The notes: generated by a model not told the origin, from the letters alone. DNA of 64,000 bases from an uncultured Steroidobacteraceae bacterium (GCA_964657945.1 CAZZWM010000001.1:321-64320), one strand, 5' to 3'; numbered from the stretch's first letter, positions 35,948-45,359 are shown. A program made the numbers and translations.

Positions 35948-38325
35948 GCCGCGGCGAGCGCCGGGGTTTCCACGGCGGCGGTGTGCGAGCCGGCGGCTAC
36001 GGCCGCCAGCGGTGCGGCTTCCAACGCCCGAGCCAGCACGTCCTCGATCTTCTCAGCCCAGACGAATTCCAGCTTGGCGCGCACGCTTTGCGGAATGTCG
36101 TCGAAATCGCGGCGATTGCGTGCCGGCAGTATCACGGTGCGGATGCCGGCCCGCGCTGCGGCCACGACCTTTTCCTTGATGCCGCCCACCGGCATCACCA
36201 CACCGCGCAGGCTGATCTCACCCGTCATGGCCACGTCGGAACGAACCGTGCGCTGCGTCAGCAGCGAGGCGAGCGAAGTGGACATGGCCACGCCGGCGCT
36301 GGGGCCGTCTTTCGGAATGGCGCCGGCCGGGACGTGAATGTGCAGATCGCTGCCATCGAGAATCGACCCATCGAAACCCAACTTGTCTGCGAGAGATTTG
36401 ATCAGGGTGACCGCCGCCTGCGCGCTCTCCTTCATGACATCGCCGAGCTGGCCGGTGAGTATCAATTTACCGCTGCCGCGCACGCGGCTGGATTCGATGA
36501 ACAAGATGTCGCCGCCGGCCGGCGTCCATGCCAGACCGGTCGCCACGCCCGGCACGCTGGTGCGCAGCGCCACATCGCTTTCGAAACGCGCTCCGCCCAA
36601 GACACTCTCCACATCGGCGTCATCGATGGACACGCTTTGCGCGCTGCCCGACGCTATGGTTACGGCTGAATGGCGCAAGAGAGCGCCGATCTGTCTTTCC
36701 AGGTTGCGCACGCCGGCCTCGCGGGTGTATTCGGCGATGAGGCGGCGCAACGCGGCGTCGCTGACCTGCACCTGGGCCTCGCTCAGACCGTTCGCCTGCA
36801 GCTGGCGCTGCAGCAAATAGCGCCGCGCGATCTGCAGTTTTTCCTCCTCGGTATAGCCGGTGAGCTCGATGATCTCCATGCGGTCGCGCAGCGGGCCGGG
36901 AATCGAATCCAATACATTGGCGGTGGCGATGAACAATACCTTCGACAGATCGAAGGGCACGCCGAGATAGTTGTCGCGGAAGCTGTTGTTTTGCTCCGGG
37001 TCCAGCACCTCGAGCAACGCCGAGAACGGATCACCCTGGTGACTGGCCGACAGCTTGTCGACTTCATCCAGCATCAGCACCGGATTGCGTCGGCCGGCCT
37101 TGCGCAATGCTTGGGCAATGTTGCCCGGCAACGAGCCGATATAGGTGCGGCGGTGCCCGCGGATCTCCGCTTCATCGTGCACTCCGCCGAGACTGACCCG
37201 GCCAAACTTCAGGCCGATGGCTTTCGCAATGCTTTGGCCAAGAGAGGTCTTGCCCACGCCCGGCGGGCCCACGAAACAAAGAATGGGACTGCGACCCTGC
37301 GGATTCAGCTTGCGCACCGCGAGAAACTCCAGAATCCGGCGCTTGATCTTGTCGAGTCCGAAGTGATCCGCATCGAGGATCTTGCGGGCCGCTTCGATGT
37401 CCACTTGCTCGGGATCGACCTTGGACCAGGGCATGGCCAGCAGCCACTCCAGGTAGGTCCGGGTCATGGAATATTCGGCCGCCTGTTCAGGCATGCGCTC
37501 CAGGCGATTCAGCTCGCGCTGCGCCTGCTCGAGGACTTCCTCCGGCATGCCGGCGTCCTTGATGGACTGCTTCAGTTCGTGCAGCTCACTCTTGGAGCCA
37601 TCGGTCTCGCCCAGTTCCTTTTGAATCTGGTGCAGACGTTCGCGCAGCACGGCTTCTTTCTGCCGCTCATCGAAGGCTTCACGGGTCTTCTCGTCGATCT
37701 GCCGGGAAACCTTGAGCACTTCGATGCGGCGCGTCAGCAAGCTGATGACCCGGTCGAGGCGGGTCTTCAAATCGAACGTCGCCAGCAAATCCTGTTTGTC
37801 GGCCATCTTCAAATCCATGAAGCTGGCGATCATGTCCGCCAGCGCAGGAATGGATTCGACGCTGCGGATGGCATTGATCAGCTCGCCCGGGGCCTGGGGC
37901 AGCAGTTGTACGGCCTCCAAGGCTTTCTCGCGCAAGTTCAGCCCGCGGGCCTCGATCTCTTGGTCGAACACGGTGGGCTCGCGATGCGCATCGATGCGTG
38001 CAACCAGGAACGGCTCGCGGCTGACGAAATCCAACGCGGTGAAGCGCTCTTCGCCCTGCGCCACCAAATGATGCGTGCCGTCGGGCGCGGTGAGGAAACG
38101 CACGATGGATGCGGCGGTGCCGACCCGATGCAGCCCTTCAGGGCTGGCTTCTTCGGCGGTCAAATCGCTTTGCAACAGCAGTCCGACGCGCCGCTGAGTG
38201 CGCACCGCTTCCTGCGCGCCGGCAATGGCGAGCTTGTCGGTGATGGCAATGGGCAGCACGACGCCGGGAAACAATACGGCGCTGCGCACCGGCAGGATGA
38301 TCAATACATCTTCATCGGCGTTCAT
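35944..38325 (-). CDS. lon: ATP-dependent Lon protease (LonA type)
   Basis: The track ORF extends to 38703; ATG 38325 (MNADEDVLIILPVRSAVLFPGVVLPI) overlaps the sHsp stop in ATGA. Walker A GPPGVGKTS, catalytic PKDGPSAGVAM and GGIKEKV. Its stop shares TTAA with the treZ stop. Confidence 0.9.
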   Translation of the reverse strand: MNADEDVLIILPVRSAVLFPGVVLPIAITDKLAIAGAQEAVRTQRRVGLLLQSDLTAEEASPEGLHRVGTAASIVRFLTAPDGTHHLVAQGEERFTALDFVSREPFLVARIDAHREPTVFDQEIEARGLNLREKALEAVQLLPQAPGELINAIRSVESIPALADMIASFMDLKMADKQDLLATFDLKTRLDRVISLLTRRIEVLKVSRQIDEKTREAFDERQKEAVLRERLHQIQKELGETDGSKSELHELKQSIKDAGMPEEVLEQAQRELNRLERMPEQAAEYSMTRTYLEWLLAMPWSKVDPEQVDIEAARKILDADHFGLDKIKRRILEFLAVRKLNPQGRSPILCFVGPPGVGKTSLGQSIAKAIGLKFGRVSLGGVHDEAEIRGHRRTYIGSLPGNIAQALRKAGRRNPVLMLDEVDKLSASHQGDPFSALLEVLDPEQNNSFRDNYLGVPFDLSKVLFIATANVLDSIPGPLRDRMEIIELTGYTEEEKLQIARRYLLQRQLQANGLSEAQVQVSDAALRRLIAEYTREAGVRNLERQIGALLRHSAVTIASGSAQSVSIDDADVESVLGGARFESDVALRTSVPGVATGLAWTPAGGDILFIESSRVRGSGKLILTGQLGDVMKESAQAAVTLIKSLADKLGFDGSILDGSDLHIHVPAGAIPKDGPSAGVAMSTSLASLLTQRTVRSDVAMTGEISLRGVVMPVGGIKEKVVAAARAGIRTVILPARNRRDFDDIPQSVRAKLEFVWAEKIEDVLARALEAAPLAAVAAGSHTAAVETPALAAA

Positions 38326-38738
38326 ACGGCCTCCCGGGTCAGACGCAGGTACAGGCAGCCGCGCTCCAGGCGTCGTTCCACCAGGTGATAGCGGCCCGGC
38401 GGCAACTCGATGCGGCGCCGCATGCGGCCGTAGGGAATCTCGAAGCGCACGACGTTCAGGGTGTTGGCGACGCAGGGCGGGGTAACCTCGGTATCGATCT
38501 GCAATCCGCTTGCGGTGATTTGCACGCGCACGTCTTCCGCATGCGCGCCGGGCAGCGCCACCACCACATCGAATTGCGTTCCATCGGTGAACATATCCGC
38601 CGGCGGCTCCCAGGCGGGAAGCGCGGCCGGCAGGCTCACGAGTTCGAAGAAATGCCGCTGCTTGCGTTCTGCCTGTTCCAGCAGCGCGCAGGCTTCGGCC
38701 CACATCCAGGTTTTGCGTCGATGAGATTCCACTCGCAT
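38322..38738 (-). CDS. Hsp20/alpha-crystallin-family small heat-shock protein
   Basis: 138 aa. The ACD-like core is WEPPADMFTDGTQFDVVVALPGAHAEDVRVQITASGLQI...FEIPYGRMRRRIELPPGRY.LVERRLERGCLYLRL. No clear SD, so the start (38738 or 38705) is uncertain. Confidence 0.7.
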   Translation of the reverse strand: MRVESHRRKTWMWAEACALLEQAERKQRHFFELVSLPAALPAWEPPADMFTDGTQFDVVVALPGAHAEDVRVQITASGLQIDTEVTPPCVANTLNVVRFEIPYGRMRRRIELPPGRYHLVERRLERGCLYLRLTREAV

Positions 38739-38763
38739 TTGAATGCGGGCGGATGGCGGTGTT

Positions 38764-39585
38764 TCAAGGGCCGTGTTTGCCCAGGCGGACGGTGTAACCG
38801 CCGGATTTCTCGTCCGCCCGCAGGGTCAAAGAGCCGCGTTTCTCGGCGTCGGCCAACATGTCGTTGAAGGATTTGAATCCATAGAATCGCTCGTTGAATC
38901 CCGGGTGACGGCGCTTGATGGCCTGCTTGATCATCGAGCCCCAGATCGCATCGTTGCCGCCGCGCTCCTCGCTCAATGCTTCCAGGGTTTCGACGATCAG
39001 GTCCACGGCTTCGTTCAGTTGCGGGCCCTTGGATTCCGCAGGCGGTGAATCGGCGGCGGTGGCCGCCACCTTGGGCGCAGCGGCGCGGCGGCGCGCCTTG
39101 GAGGGTTCCTTGCGCACCAAATCGTCGTAGTAGATGAATTCATCGCAATTGTTGATGAACAGATCCGAGGTGGAGTTCTTCACGCCCACGCCGATCACGG
39201 TCTTGGCGTTTTCGCGCAGCTTGCTCACCAAAGGCGAGAAATCCGAGTCGCCGCTCAGGATCACGAAGGTATCCACGTGACCCTTGGTGTAGCAAAGGTC
39301 CAAGGCGTCCACCACCATGCGAATGTCGGCGGAGTTCTTGCCCGATTGACGCACATGCGGAATCTCGATGAGTTCGAACGCCGCTTCGTGCAGACCGCGC
39401 TTGAAGTCCTTGTAGCGGTCGAAATCGCAGTAGGCCTTCTTGACCACGATGTGGCCTTTCAGCAGCAGGCGCTCCAGCACCTTCTCGATGTCGAAACTCG
39501 GATACTTGGCATCGCGCGCGCCGAGGGCGATGTTCTCCAAATCCAGGAAGACCGCCATGGTGGCGTCGGTGGCTTTGCTCGACAT
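38764..39585 (-). CDS. NYN (LabA-like, PIN-fold nuclease) domain protein with C-terminal LOTUS/OST-HTH domain
   Basis: 273 aa. AGGA lies 6 nt upstream and overlaps the preceding stop. NYN motifs: VFLDLENI, SADIRMVVDALDL, DTFVILSGDSDFSPLVSKLRENAKTVIGVG. C-terminal LOTUS-like part: IWGSMIKQAIKRRHPGFNERFYGFKSFNDMLADAEK. Confidence 0.8.
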   Translation of the reverse strand: MSSKATDATMAVFLDLENIALGARDAKYPSFDIEKVLERLLLKGHIVVKKAYCDFDRYKDFKRGLHEAAFELIEIPHVRQSGKNSADIRMVVDALDLCYTKGHVDTFVILSGDSDFSPLVSKLRENAKTVIGVGVKNSTSDLFINNCDEFIYYDDLVRKEPSKARRRAAAPKVAATAADSPPAESKGPQLNEAVDLIVETLEALSEERGGNDAIWGSMIKQAIKRRHPGFNERFYGFKSFNDMLADAEKRGSLTLRADEKSGGYTVRLGKHGP

Positions 39586-39593
39586 GATAGATC

Positions 39594-40211
39594 CTAGAAC
39601 CAGTTGTAATTGAAGCTTACGCTGATTCTTTCGGCCTCGACGGGATTCGGCACGACCTCATGGCGCAGCCAGCTTTCGAACAGCACCAAGCGTCCCGCGG
39701 CAGCCGGCACGGTGACCCAGGGCCTGGCATCCTCGGTGGCGTCGGCTCTGCGCGGCGGCGCCGCCATGAAGCGATCCAGCCGCGGATCCTCGAACTTGAT
39801 GCCGGGCGCACCTCGCGGCACACGTACAAAGTAGGTGCCGCTCACCGTCGATGCCGGATGCAGGTGCAATCCATGCACCACCTGCCGCGGCATGATGTTG
39901 ATCCAGCAATCGGTCATTTCAAGCTCGCGGCCCCGCAAGTCCCACTGGGCCGCTGCCGCAAAAGTCGCGACGTGCCGTTTCAGCCTGCGGCGCAACAGCT
40001 GAAAGGTCGGGGAGATGTCCTGCAGGCGATGAACCGAACCATAGGAAGTGTAGCCGCCGGGGTAGTTCTTGATCGACCACCGGCGTCCTGCCGCATCGTC
40101 CTCGCGCAGTTGCCGACATTCCTCGAGCAATTGGCCGTTGAATTTTGCAGCGCCGCTTCTCTGCAGAGCCGCTTCATAAACCTGAGTGGCGAACAGCGAA
40201 CGCAGCGCCAT
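39594..40211 (-). CDS. TIGR02466-like putative 2OG-Fe(II) oxygenase-fold protein
   Basis: I prefer ATG 40211 (MALRSLFATQVYEA), 4 nt after the ggt stop, over track start 40280. Motifs GGYTSYGS, WINIMPRQVVHGLHLHPASTVSGTYFV, LVLFESWLRHEVVPNP and ERISVSFNY (HxD/H...H facial-triad-like). Confidence 0.7.
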   Translation of the reverse strand: MALRSLFATQVYEAALQRSGAAKFNGQLLEECRQLREDDAAGRRWSIKNYPGGYTSYGSVHRLQDISPTFQLLRRRLKRHVATFAAAAQWDLRGRELEMTDCWINIMPRQVVHGLHLHPASTVSGTYFVRVPRGAPGIKFEDPRLDRFMAAPPRRADATEDARPWVTVPAAAGRLVLFESWLRHEVVPNPVEAERISVSFNYNWF

Positions 40212-40215
40212 GAGA

Positions 40216-41967
40216 TCAAGGCGCCGCTGCAGACCCGGCCGGGGCGCGCGAGTCGCTGGCGCCGTAGAAGCGTGCCGCACGCGGAAACCCCAGGGCTTGC
40301 GCGGCCTCGATGTCCGCCGGCGCGATACCGATGACCTCGGCGGCGTTGCCGGCGCCCCAGGGCTGCAGCTCCACCACTTTGTAGCCCATGGCGGTCAGCG
40401 CTCGAGTGGTATCGGCCGAGAAGGCGAAAGGTTCGCCGGCCACCGTGTCCGGCAACCATTGATGATGCATGCGCGGCGCGTCCACCGCTTCCTGCAAGGT
40501 CATGCCGTGATCGATGACATTGACGATGACTTCCAGCACGGTGGTGATGATGCGAGAGCCGCCGGGCGTGCCGACGATGAGCACCGGCCTGCCGTCTTTG
40601 AGCACCAGTGTGGGCGTCATCGAACTCAAGGGCCGCTTGCCGGGCGCGATGGCGTTGGCTTTGCCCTGCACCAAGCCGAACAGGTTGGGGACGCCGGGCT
40701 TGGCGGTGAAATCGTCCATTTCATCGTTCAGGAAAAACCCCGTGTCGCCGGCAATGACCTTGGCGCCGAAATCGTTGTTGATGGTGTAGGTGACGGCCAC
40801 GGCGTTGCCGAGTTTGTCGGCCACTGAATAGTGCGTGGTGGTGGGTCGCTCATCGCCTGCGGCCGGGCCTCGCAGGGATGAAGAAGGCGTCGCGCGGCGG
40901 GCGTGGATTTGCGAGCGGATTTCCTGCATGTGCGCAGCGGACAACAAACGCTCGACCGGATTTTGGATGAAGGCCGGATCACCCAGATAGGTGTTGCGGT
41001 CCTTGTAGGCAAAGCGCATGGCTTCGGTCATGGCGTGAATCGAGGCCGCGGAGTGGAAGCCCAGCGTCTTCAAGGGAAAATTTGCCAGGACTTGCAACAT
41101 CTCACACAGGGTCACGCCGCCGGAACTCGGCGGTGGTGCCGAGACGACGGTGTAGCCGCGATAGCGGCAGGTAATCGGCGCCGCCTCGGTGATGGTGTAG
41201 GCGGCAAAGTCCTCGGCGGTGAGAAGGCCGCCTGCTGCGCGGCTGGCCGCGGCGACGGCTGCGGGTACGGCCCCGCGATAGAAGGCGTCCGGACCGTCAT
41301 CGCTGATGGCGCGCAAGGTGGCGGCGAGATCCTTCTGCACCAGCCGATCGCCGGGCTGCAACGCTTCGCCGTGCTTTAGAAAAATTGCAGCGACATTCGG
41401 CTGTTCGCGAAACTGCTGGGTGGCCTCGTCGAGCACGTCGACATCGCCCCGAGTCACCCGGAAACCGTCCGCCGCCAGGCGAATCGCCGGCGCGATCAAG
41501 GCTGCGCGGGGCAGGGAGCCATACTTCTGCCGCGCAGTTTCCAATCCCATGACGGTGCCCGGTACGCCCACCGCCAGGTAGCCGTTCAGGCTCCTGGCGC
41601 TCACCGCATTGCCCGCCGCATCCAGAAACATGTTCGCACTGGCGGCTTGCGGCGCTTTCTCGCGGAAATTGATGAAGCTGTTGCGGCCGTCGGCGAGATG
41701 AATGGTCATGAAGCCGCCGCCACCCAGGTTGCCGCAGCAGGGATGCGTCACGGCCAGCGCATAACCCACCGCCACCGCCGCGTCGATGGCGTTGCCGCCT
41801 TGACGCAGGATGGCGGCGCCCACATCGGATGCTTCGTGCTGCGCCGTCACGACCATGCCGTCGCTGGACTCCAGGGGCGGCGGCGCGGCGGCCGGCGCCG
41901 CTGCGCACCAAGCCATCGAGCCGCAGATGCCGGCAAGCATCCGGCGCGCCGTTGAAGCGATCATCAT
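40216..41967 (-). CDS. ggt: gamma-glutamyltransferase
   Basis: 583 aa with a signal peptide. Motifs GGNAIDAAVAVGYALAV..P..GNLGGGGFM, autoprocessing/nucleophile site TTHYSV.D..GNAVAVTYTIN, LNDEMDDF, SSMTPT. Confidence 0.9.
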   Translation of the reverse strand: MMIASTARRMLAGICGSMAWCAAAPAAAPPPLESSDGMVVTAQHEASDVGAAILRQGGNAIDAAVAVGYALAVTHPCCGNLGGGGFMTIHLADGRNSFINFREKAPQAASANMFLDAAGNAVSARSLNGYLAVGVPGTVMGLETARQKYGSLPRAALIAPAIRLAADGFRVTRGDVDVLDEATQQFREQPNVAAIFLKHGEALQPGDRLVQKDLAATLRAISDDGPDAFYRGAVPAAVAAASRAAGGLLTAEDFAAYTITEAAPITCRYRGYTVVSAPPPSSGGVTLCEMLQVLANFPLKTLGFHSAASIHAMTEAMRFAYKDRNTYLGDPAFIQNPVERLLSAAHMQEIRSQIHARRATPSSSLRGPAAGDERPTTTHYSVADKLGNAVAVTYTINNDFGAKVIAGDTGFFLNDEMDDFTAKPGVPNLFGLVQGKANAIAPGKRPLSSMTPTLVLKDGRPVLIVGTPGGSRIITTVLEVIVNVIDHGMTLQEAVDAPRMHHQWLPDTVAGEPFAFSADTTRALTAMGYKVVELQPWGAGNAAEVIGIAPADIEAAQALGFPRAARFYGASDSRAPAGSAAAP

Positions 41968-41984
41968 CAGGTAAGATTAACGCA

Positions 41985-43400
41985 ATGTCCGGGGCAGCTA
42001 CAGCATTAGTTCTCGCGCGCGCGCAGTTTGCGTTTACGGTGTCGTTCCACTTCATTTTCCCGGCATTCTCGATCGGCTTGGCCAGTTATCTTGCGGTGCT
42101 CGAAGCGCTGTGGCTGAAGACCGGCGAGGTCGTCTACGACAATTTGTTTCGCTACTGGATCAAGATCTTCGCGATCGTGTTCGGCATGGGCGTCGTGTCG
42201 GGCCTGGTGATGTCCTATCAGTTCGGCACCAATTGGTCGGTGTTTTCCGACAAGGCGGGACCGATCATCGGGCCGTTGATGGCCTACGAAGTGTTGTCCG
42301 CTTTCTTTCTCGAAGCCGGCTTTCTGGGCGTGATGCTGTTCGGCATCAACAAGGTGGGTCCGAAGCTGCATTTCTTCGCCACCGGCATGGTGGCGCTCGG
42401 CACCTTGCTGTCGGCAACCTGGATTCTGGCGGCCAACAGTTGGATGCAGACTCCCGCCGGCTGGGCGGTGAACCAAGCCGGCCAGTTCGTGCCGCAAGGT
42501 TCCTGGTTGGCCATCATCTTGAATCCGAGTTTTCCGTATCGCTTCGTGCACACGGTGATCGCCGCTTATCTCACCACATCGCTGGCGGTGGGCGGCGTGG
42601 GCGCCTGGCATTTGTTGCGTGACCGGTCCAATCCGGCCGCCAGGAAAATGTTTTCGATGGCGATGTGGATGGCCGCCCTGGTGGCGCCGGTTCAAATTCT
42701 GGCGGGCGACACCCAGGGCCTCAACACACAGGATTTTCAGCCGGCGAAGGTCATGGCCATGGAAGGTCACTTCGACTCCTATGCCGGCGGCGCACCGTTG
42801 GTGCTGTTTGGATTTCCCGACGAGGCGCAGGCACGAGTCCGATACGGGGTGGAGATCCCGAAACTGTCCTCGCTGATCCTGAAGCATGACTTGAATGCGC
42901 CGCTGGCGGGTCTCGATACCATCGCGCGCAAGGATTGGCCGCCGGTGGCCATCATCTTCTGGTCGTTTCGCATCATGGTGGGACTGGGATTCGCGATCCT
43001 GGGGTTGGGGATGTGGAGTTTGTTGGCGCGAATGCGTGGCAAGTTGTTCGAGTGGTCCGCGTTGCACCGCCTCAGCGTATGGATGGGGCCGGCCGGCTTC
43101 GTCGCAGTGATCGCCGGATGGGTGACCACCGAGGTCGGACGCCAGCCTTTCACGGTCTACCATCTGTTGCGCACCGTCGATTCGGTCTCGCCCATTGCCA
43201 GTCCGGCGCTGACCGGCTCGCTGATCGCCTTTGTGATCGTGTATTTCACGGCCTTCAGCTCCGGCGCGGTCTACGTCTTGAAATTGATGGCCAAGCCGCC
43301 GCATCTGCGCGAATCCGCGCCGGCGGCCATACCGACCCGCACTGCGGGCATCACGCCGGCTGCCGCCATCGTTTCCGAGACACCGGATGAGAAGCGCTGA
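41985..43400 (+). CDS. cydA: cytochrome bd-type (CioA-like, short Q-loop) ubiquinol oxidase subunit I
   Basis: The track ORF starts at 41829; ATG 41985 gives MSGAATALVLARAQFAFTVSFHFIFPAFSIGL, the canonical CydA N-terminus. 471 aa. Motif GWVTTEVGRQPF. Confidence 0.9.
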   Translation: MSGAATALVLARAQFAFTVSFHFIFPAFSIGLASYLAVLEALWLKTGEVVYDNLFRYWIKIFAIVFGMGVVSGLVMSYQFGTNWSVFSDKAGPIIGPLMAYEVLSAFFLEAGFLGVMLFGINKVGPKLHFFATGMVALGTLLSATWILAANSWMQTPAGWAVNQAGQFVPQGSWLAIILNPSFPYRFVHTVIAAYLTTSLAVGGVGAWHLLRDRSNPAARKMFSMAMWMAALVAPVQILAGDTQGLNTQDFQPAKVMAMEGHFDSYAGGAPLVLFGFPDEAQARVRYGVEIPKLSSLILKHDLNAPLAGLDTIARKDWPPVAIIFWSFRIMVGLGFAILGLGMWSLLARMRGKLFEWSALHRLSVWMGPAGFVAVIAGWVTTEVGRQPFTVYHLLRTVDSVSPIASPALTGSLIAFVIVYFTAFSSGAVYVLKLMAKPPHLRESAPAAIPTRTAGITPAAAIVSETPDEKR

Positions 43401-44404
43401 TGCAGCACGTCGATCTCACCGTTGTCTGGGCCGGCATCATTCTGTTTGCGGTGGCCATGTACGTGTTGATGGACGGCTTCGATCTGGGGATCGGCATTTT
43501 ATTCACGCGATTCGAAGTCGGGGCCGAACGTGACACCGCGATGAACGCCATCGCACCGGTGTGGGATGGCAATGAGACCTGGCTGGTGCTGGGCGGCGGT
43601 GGACTGATGGCGGCATTTCCGCTGGCCTATGCCATCATTTTGCCGGCGCTGTATGCACCCATCATTGCCATGCTGCTGAGCTTGGTGTTTCGCGGCGTGG
43701 CGTTCGAATTCCGCTGGCGCGACCCCGCCCACCGCGCCCGCTGGGATGCGGCTTTTTGTTTGGGGTCCATCGGTGCGACCTTTGCGCAGGGCGTTACGCT
43801 GGGTGCGTTGCTGCAAGGCATAAAAATCAGCGGACGCGCCTATGCCGGCGGCTATTGGGACTGGCTGACCCCCTTCAGTGTGTTGACCGGGATCAGCCTG
43901 TTGGTCGGCTACGCCTTGCTGGGTGCCTGCTGGCTGATCTGGAAATCGGCAGACACGCTCAATGCGGAAGCGCGCCGCTACGCCAGGATTCTGTCTCTCG
44001 GCATGCTGGCTGCGATCGCTGCCGTGAGCGTGTATACGCCGTTTCTCGATGCGCAATATTTTCGCATCTGGTTTACCGGGAAGGGAATCTATGCGCTGGT
44101 GCTCATGCCTTTGGTGGTGGCCGGGATCGGCACGTTGCTGTATCGGCGCATCGCGACAGGGCATGACTCGCGGCCGTTTCTTCTCACCTTGAGTCTGTTT
44201 GGGCTGTCCCTGCTGGGCTTGGGCATATCCATGTGGCCGGATTTGATTCCGGGAAGGCTGTCGATCTGGGACGCGGCCGCGCCGGTCAGCAGTCAGTCGT
44301 TCATGCTGGTGGGCGCGTGCGTGCTGCTGCCGCTGATCTTAGGTTACACGGCCTGGGCTTACTGGGTATTCCGCGGCAAGGTCGCTCATGAGGGCTATCA
44401 TTAA
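43400..44404 (+). CDS. cydB: cytochrome bd-type ubiquinol oxidase subunit II
   Basis: 334 aa. The start overlaps the cydA stop (TGATG). N-terminus VVWAGIILFAVAMYVLMDGFDLGIGILF and PVWDGNETWLVLGGG are typical CydB/CioB. Confidence 0.9.
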   Translation: MQHVDLTVVWAGIILFAVAMYVLMDGFDLGIGILFTRFEVGAERDTAMNAIAPVWDGNETWLVLGGGGLMAAFPLAYAIILPALYAPIIAMLLSLVFRGVAFEFRWRDPAHRARWDAAFCLGSIGATFAQGVTLGALLQGIKISGRAYAGGYWDWLTPFSVLTGISLLVGYALLGACWLIWKSADTLNAEARRYARILSLGMLAAIAAVSVYTPFLDAQYFRIWFTGKGIYALVLMPLVVAGIGTLLYRRIATGHDSRPFLLTLSLFGLSLLGLGISMWPDLIPGRLSIWDAAAPVSSQSFMLVGACVLLPLILGYTAWAYWVFRGKVAHEGYH

Positions 44405-44510
44405 CCGCTTGCTGTGGTTGGTGGCGATTTGGGCGGCCAGCGTCGCTTCGCTGGGGGTCGTCTCACTGGTTCTGCGTTGGCTTGTAAGAATTACCAACAC
44501 AGGTTGGTGA
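44388..44510 (+). CDS. DUF2474-like 40-aa membrane micro-protein downstream of cydB
   Basis: Not in the ORF track (<60 aa). ATG 44388 lies in the +1 frame relative to cydB and overlaps its last 17 nt. Product MRAIINRLLWLVAIWAASVASLGVVSLVLRWLVRITNTGW. It resembles the small DUF2474 proteins that follow cioB genes (from memory). Confidence 0.55.
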   Translation: MRAIINRLLWLVAIWAASVASLGVVSLVLRWLVRITNTGW

Positions 44511-44532
44511 AGGCGTTAGTTGAAGAGGGCGA

Positions 44533-45282
44533 ATGAGTAATCCGCTGCTGCGCAAGCTGGCAAATTTCACCGAGTTGTCCGCAGAAGAAAAAAGCGCAGT
44601 CGATCAAAGTTGCGGCGACGTCCGCTGCTTCGCCGCCGGCGAGGATGTGATCTCTCAAGGCGATCGCACCGGCGGAGTCAAGCTGCTGCTCGAGGGATTC
44701 GCCTGTCGTTACAAGGCTCTGGAGGACGGCCGGCGGCAGGTGGTGGCTTACTTCGTGCCCGGCGATCTGTGCGACCTGCGCGTATTCATTTTGAAGCGCA
44801 TGGACCATTCCATTGGCGCCGTTAGCGCCTCGAAAGTCGCGACCATATCGCCCGAGAACGTGTTGCGTCTGACGCATGACTATCCTGCCCTGACCCGGGC
44901 GCTGTGGTGGTCGACGTTGGTGGAAGAGGCGATTGCCCGCGAATGGATCGTCAACGTGGGTCAACGCAATGCGTTGGAACGCATGGCGCATCTATTTTGC
45001 GAGCTGTTATATCGCTTTCGGGCGGTCGGGTTGAATGACGGCATGTCCTGCACATTGCCGCTCACTCAGGTGGAACTCGCCGAGACCCTGGGGCTTTCAT
45101 CGGTTCACGTCAACAGAACCTTGCAGGCGCTGCGCAAGCGCAAGCTCATTACCTTGGAAAACGGCACCCTGACCATCGACAATCTCGACGAGTTGAAGGA
45201 ATTGTCATTTTTCGACCCGGACTATCTGCACTTGGACTATAACCACGACAAGCCGCAGTCGCTGGAGGGCGAGGGCGGCTAG
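44533..45282 (+). CDS. Crp/Fnr-family transcriptional regulator
   Basis: 249 aa. cNMP-binding-like N-terminal barrel (GEDVISQGD....LLLEGFACRYK.L.DGRRQV.AYFVPGDLCD) and C-terminal HTH LTQVELAETLGLSSVHVNRTLQALRKRKLI. No FNR-type N-terminal Cys cluster. Confidence 0.85.
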   Translation: MSNPLLRKLANFTELSAEEKSAVDQSCGDVRCFAAGEDVISQGDRTGGVKLLLEGFACRYKALEDGRRQVVAYFVPGDLCDLRVFILKRMDHSIGAVSASKVATISPENVLRLTHDYPALTRALWWSTLVEEAIAREWIVNVGQRNALERMAHLFCELLYRFRAVGLNDGMSCTLPLTQVELAETLGLSSVHVNRTLQALRKRKLITLENGTLTIDNLDELKELSFFDPDYLHLDYNHDKPQSLEGEGG

Positions 45283-45359
45283 GTTTTTGAACCTTCGCTT
45301 GGCGTTGTGTTCCAAGAAAAATTGGAGCGATCCCATTCGGGTCGCAGCAAGAAAAAAGC

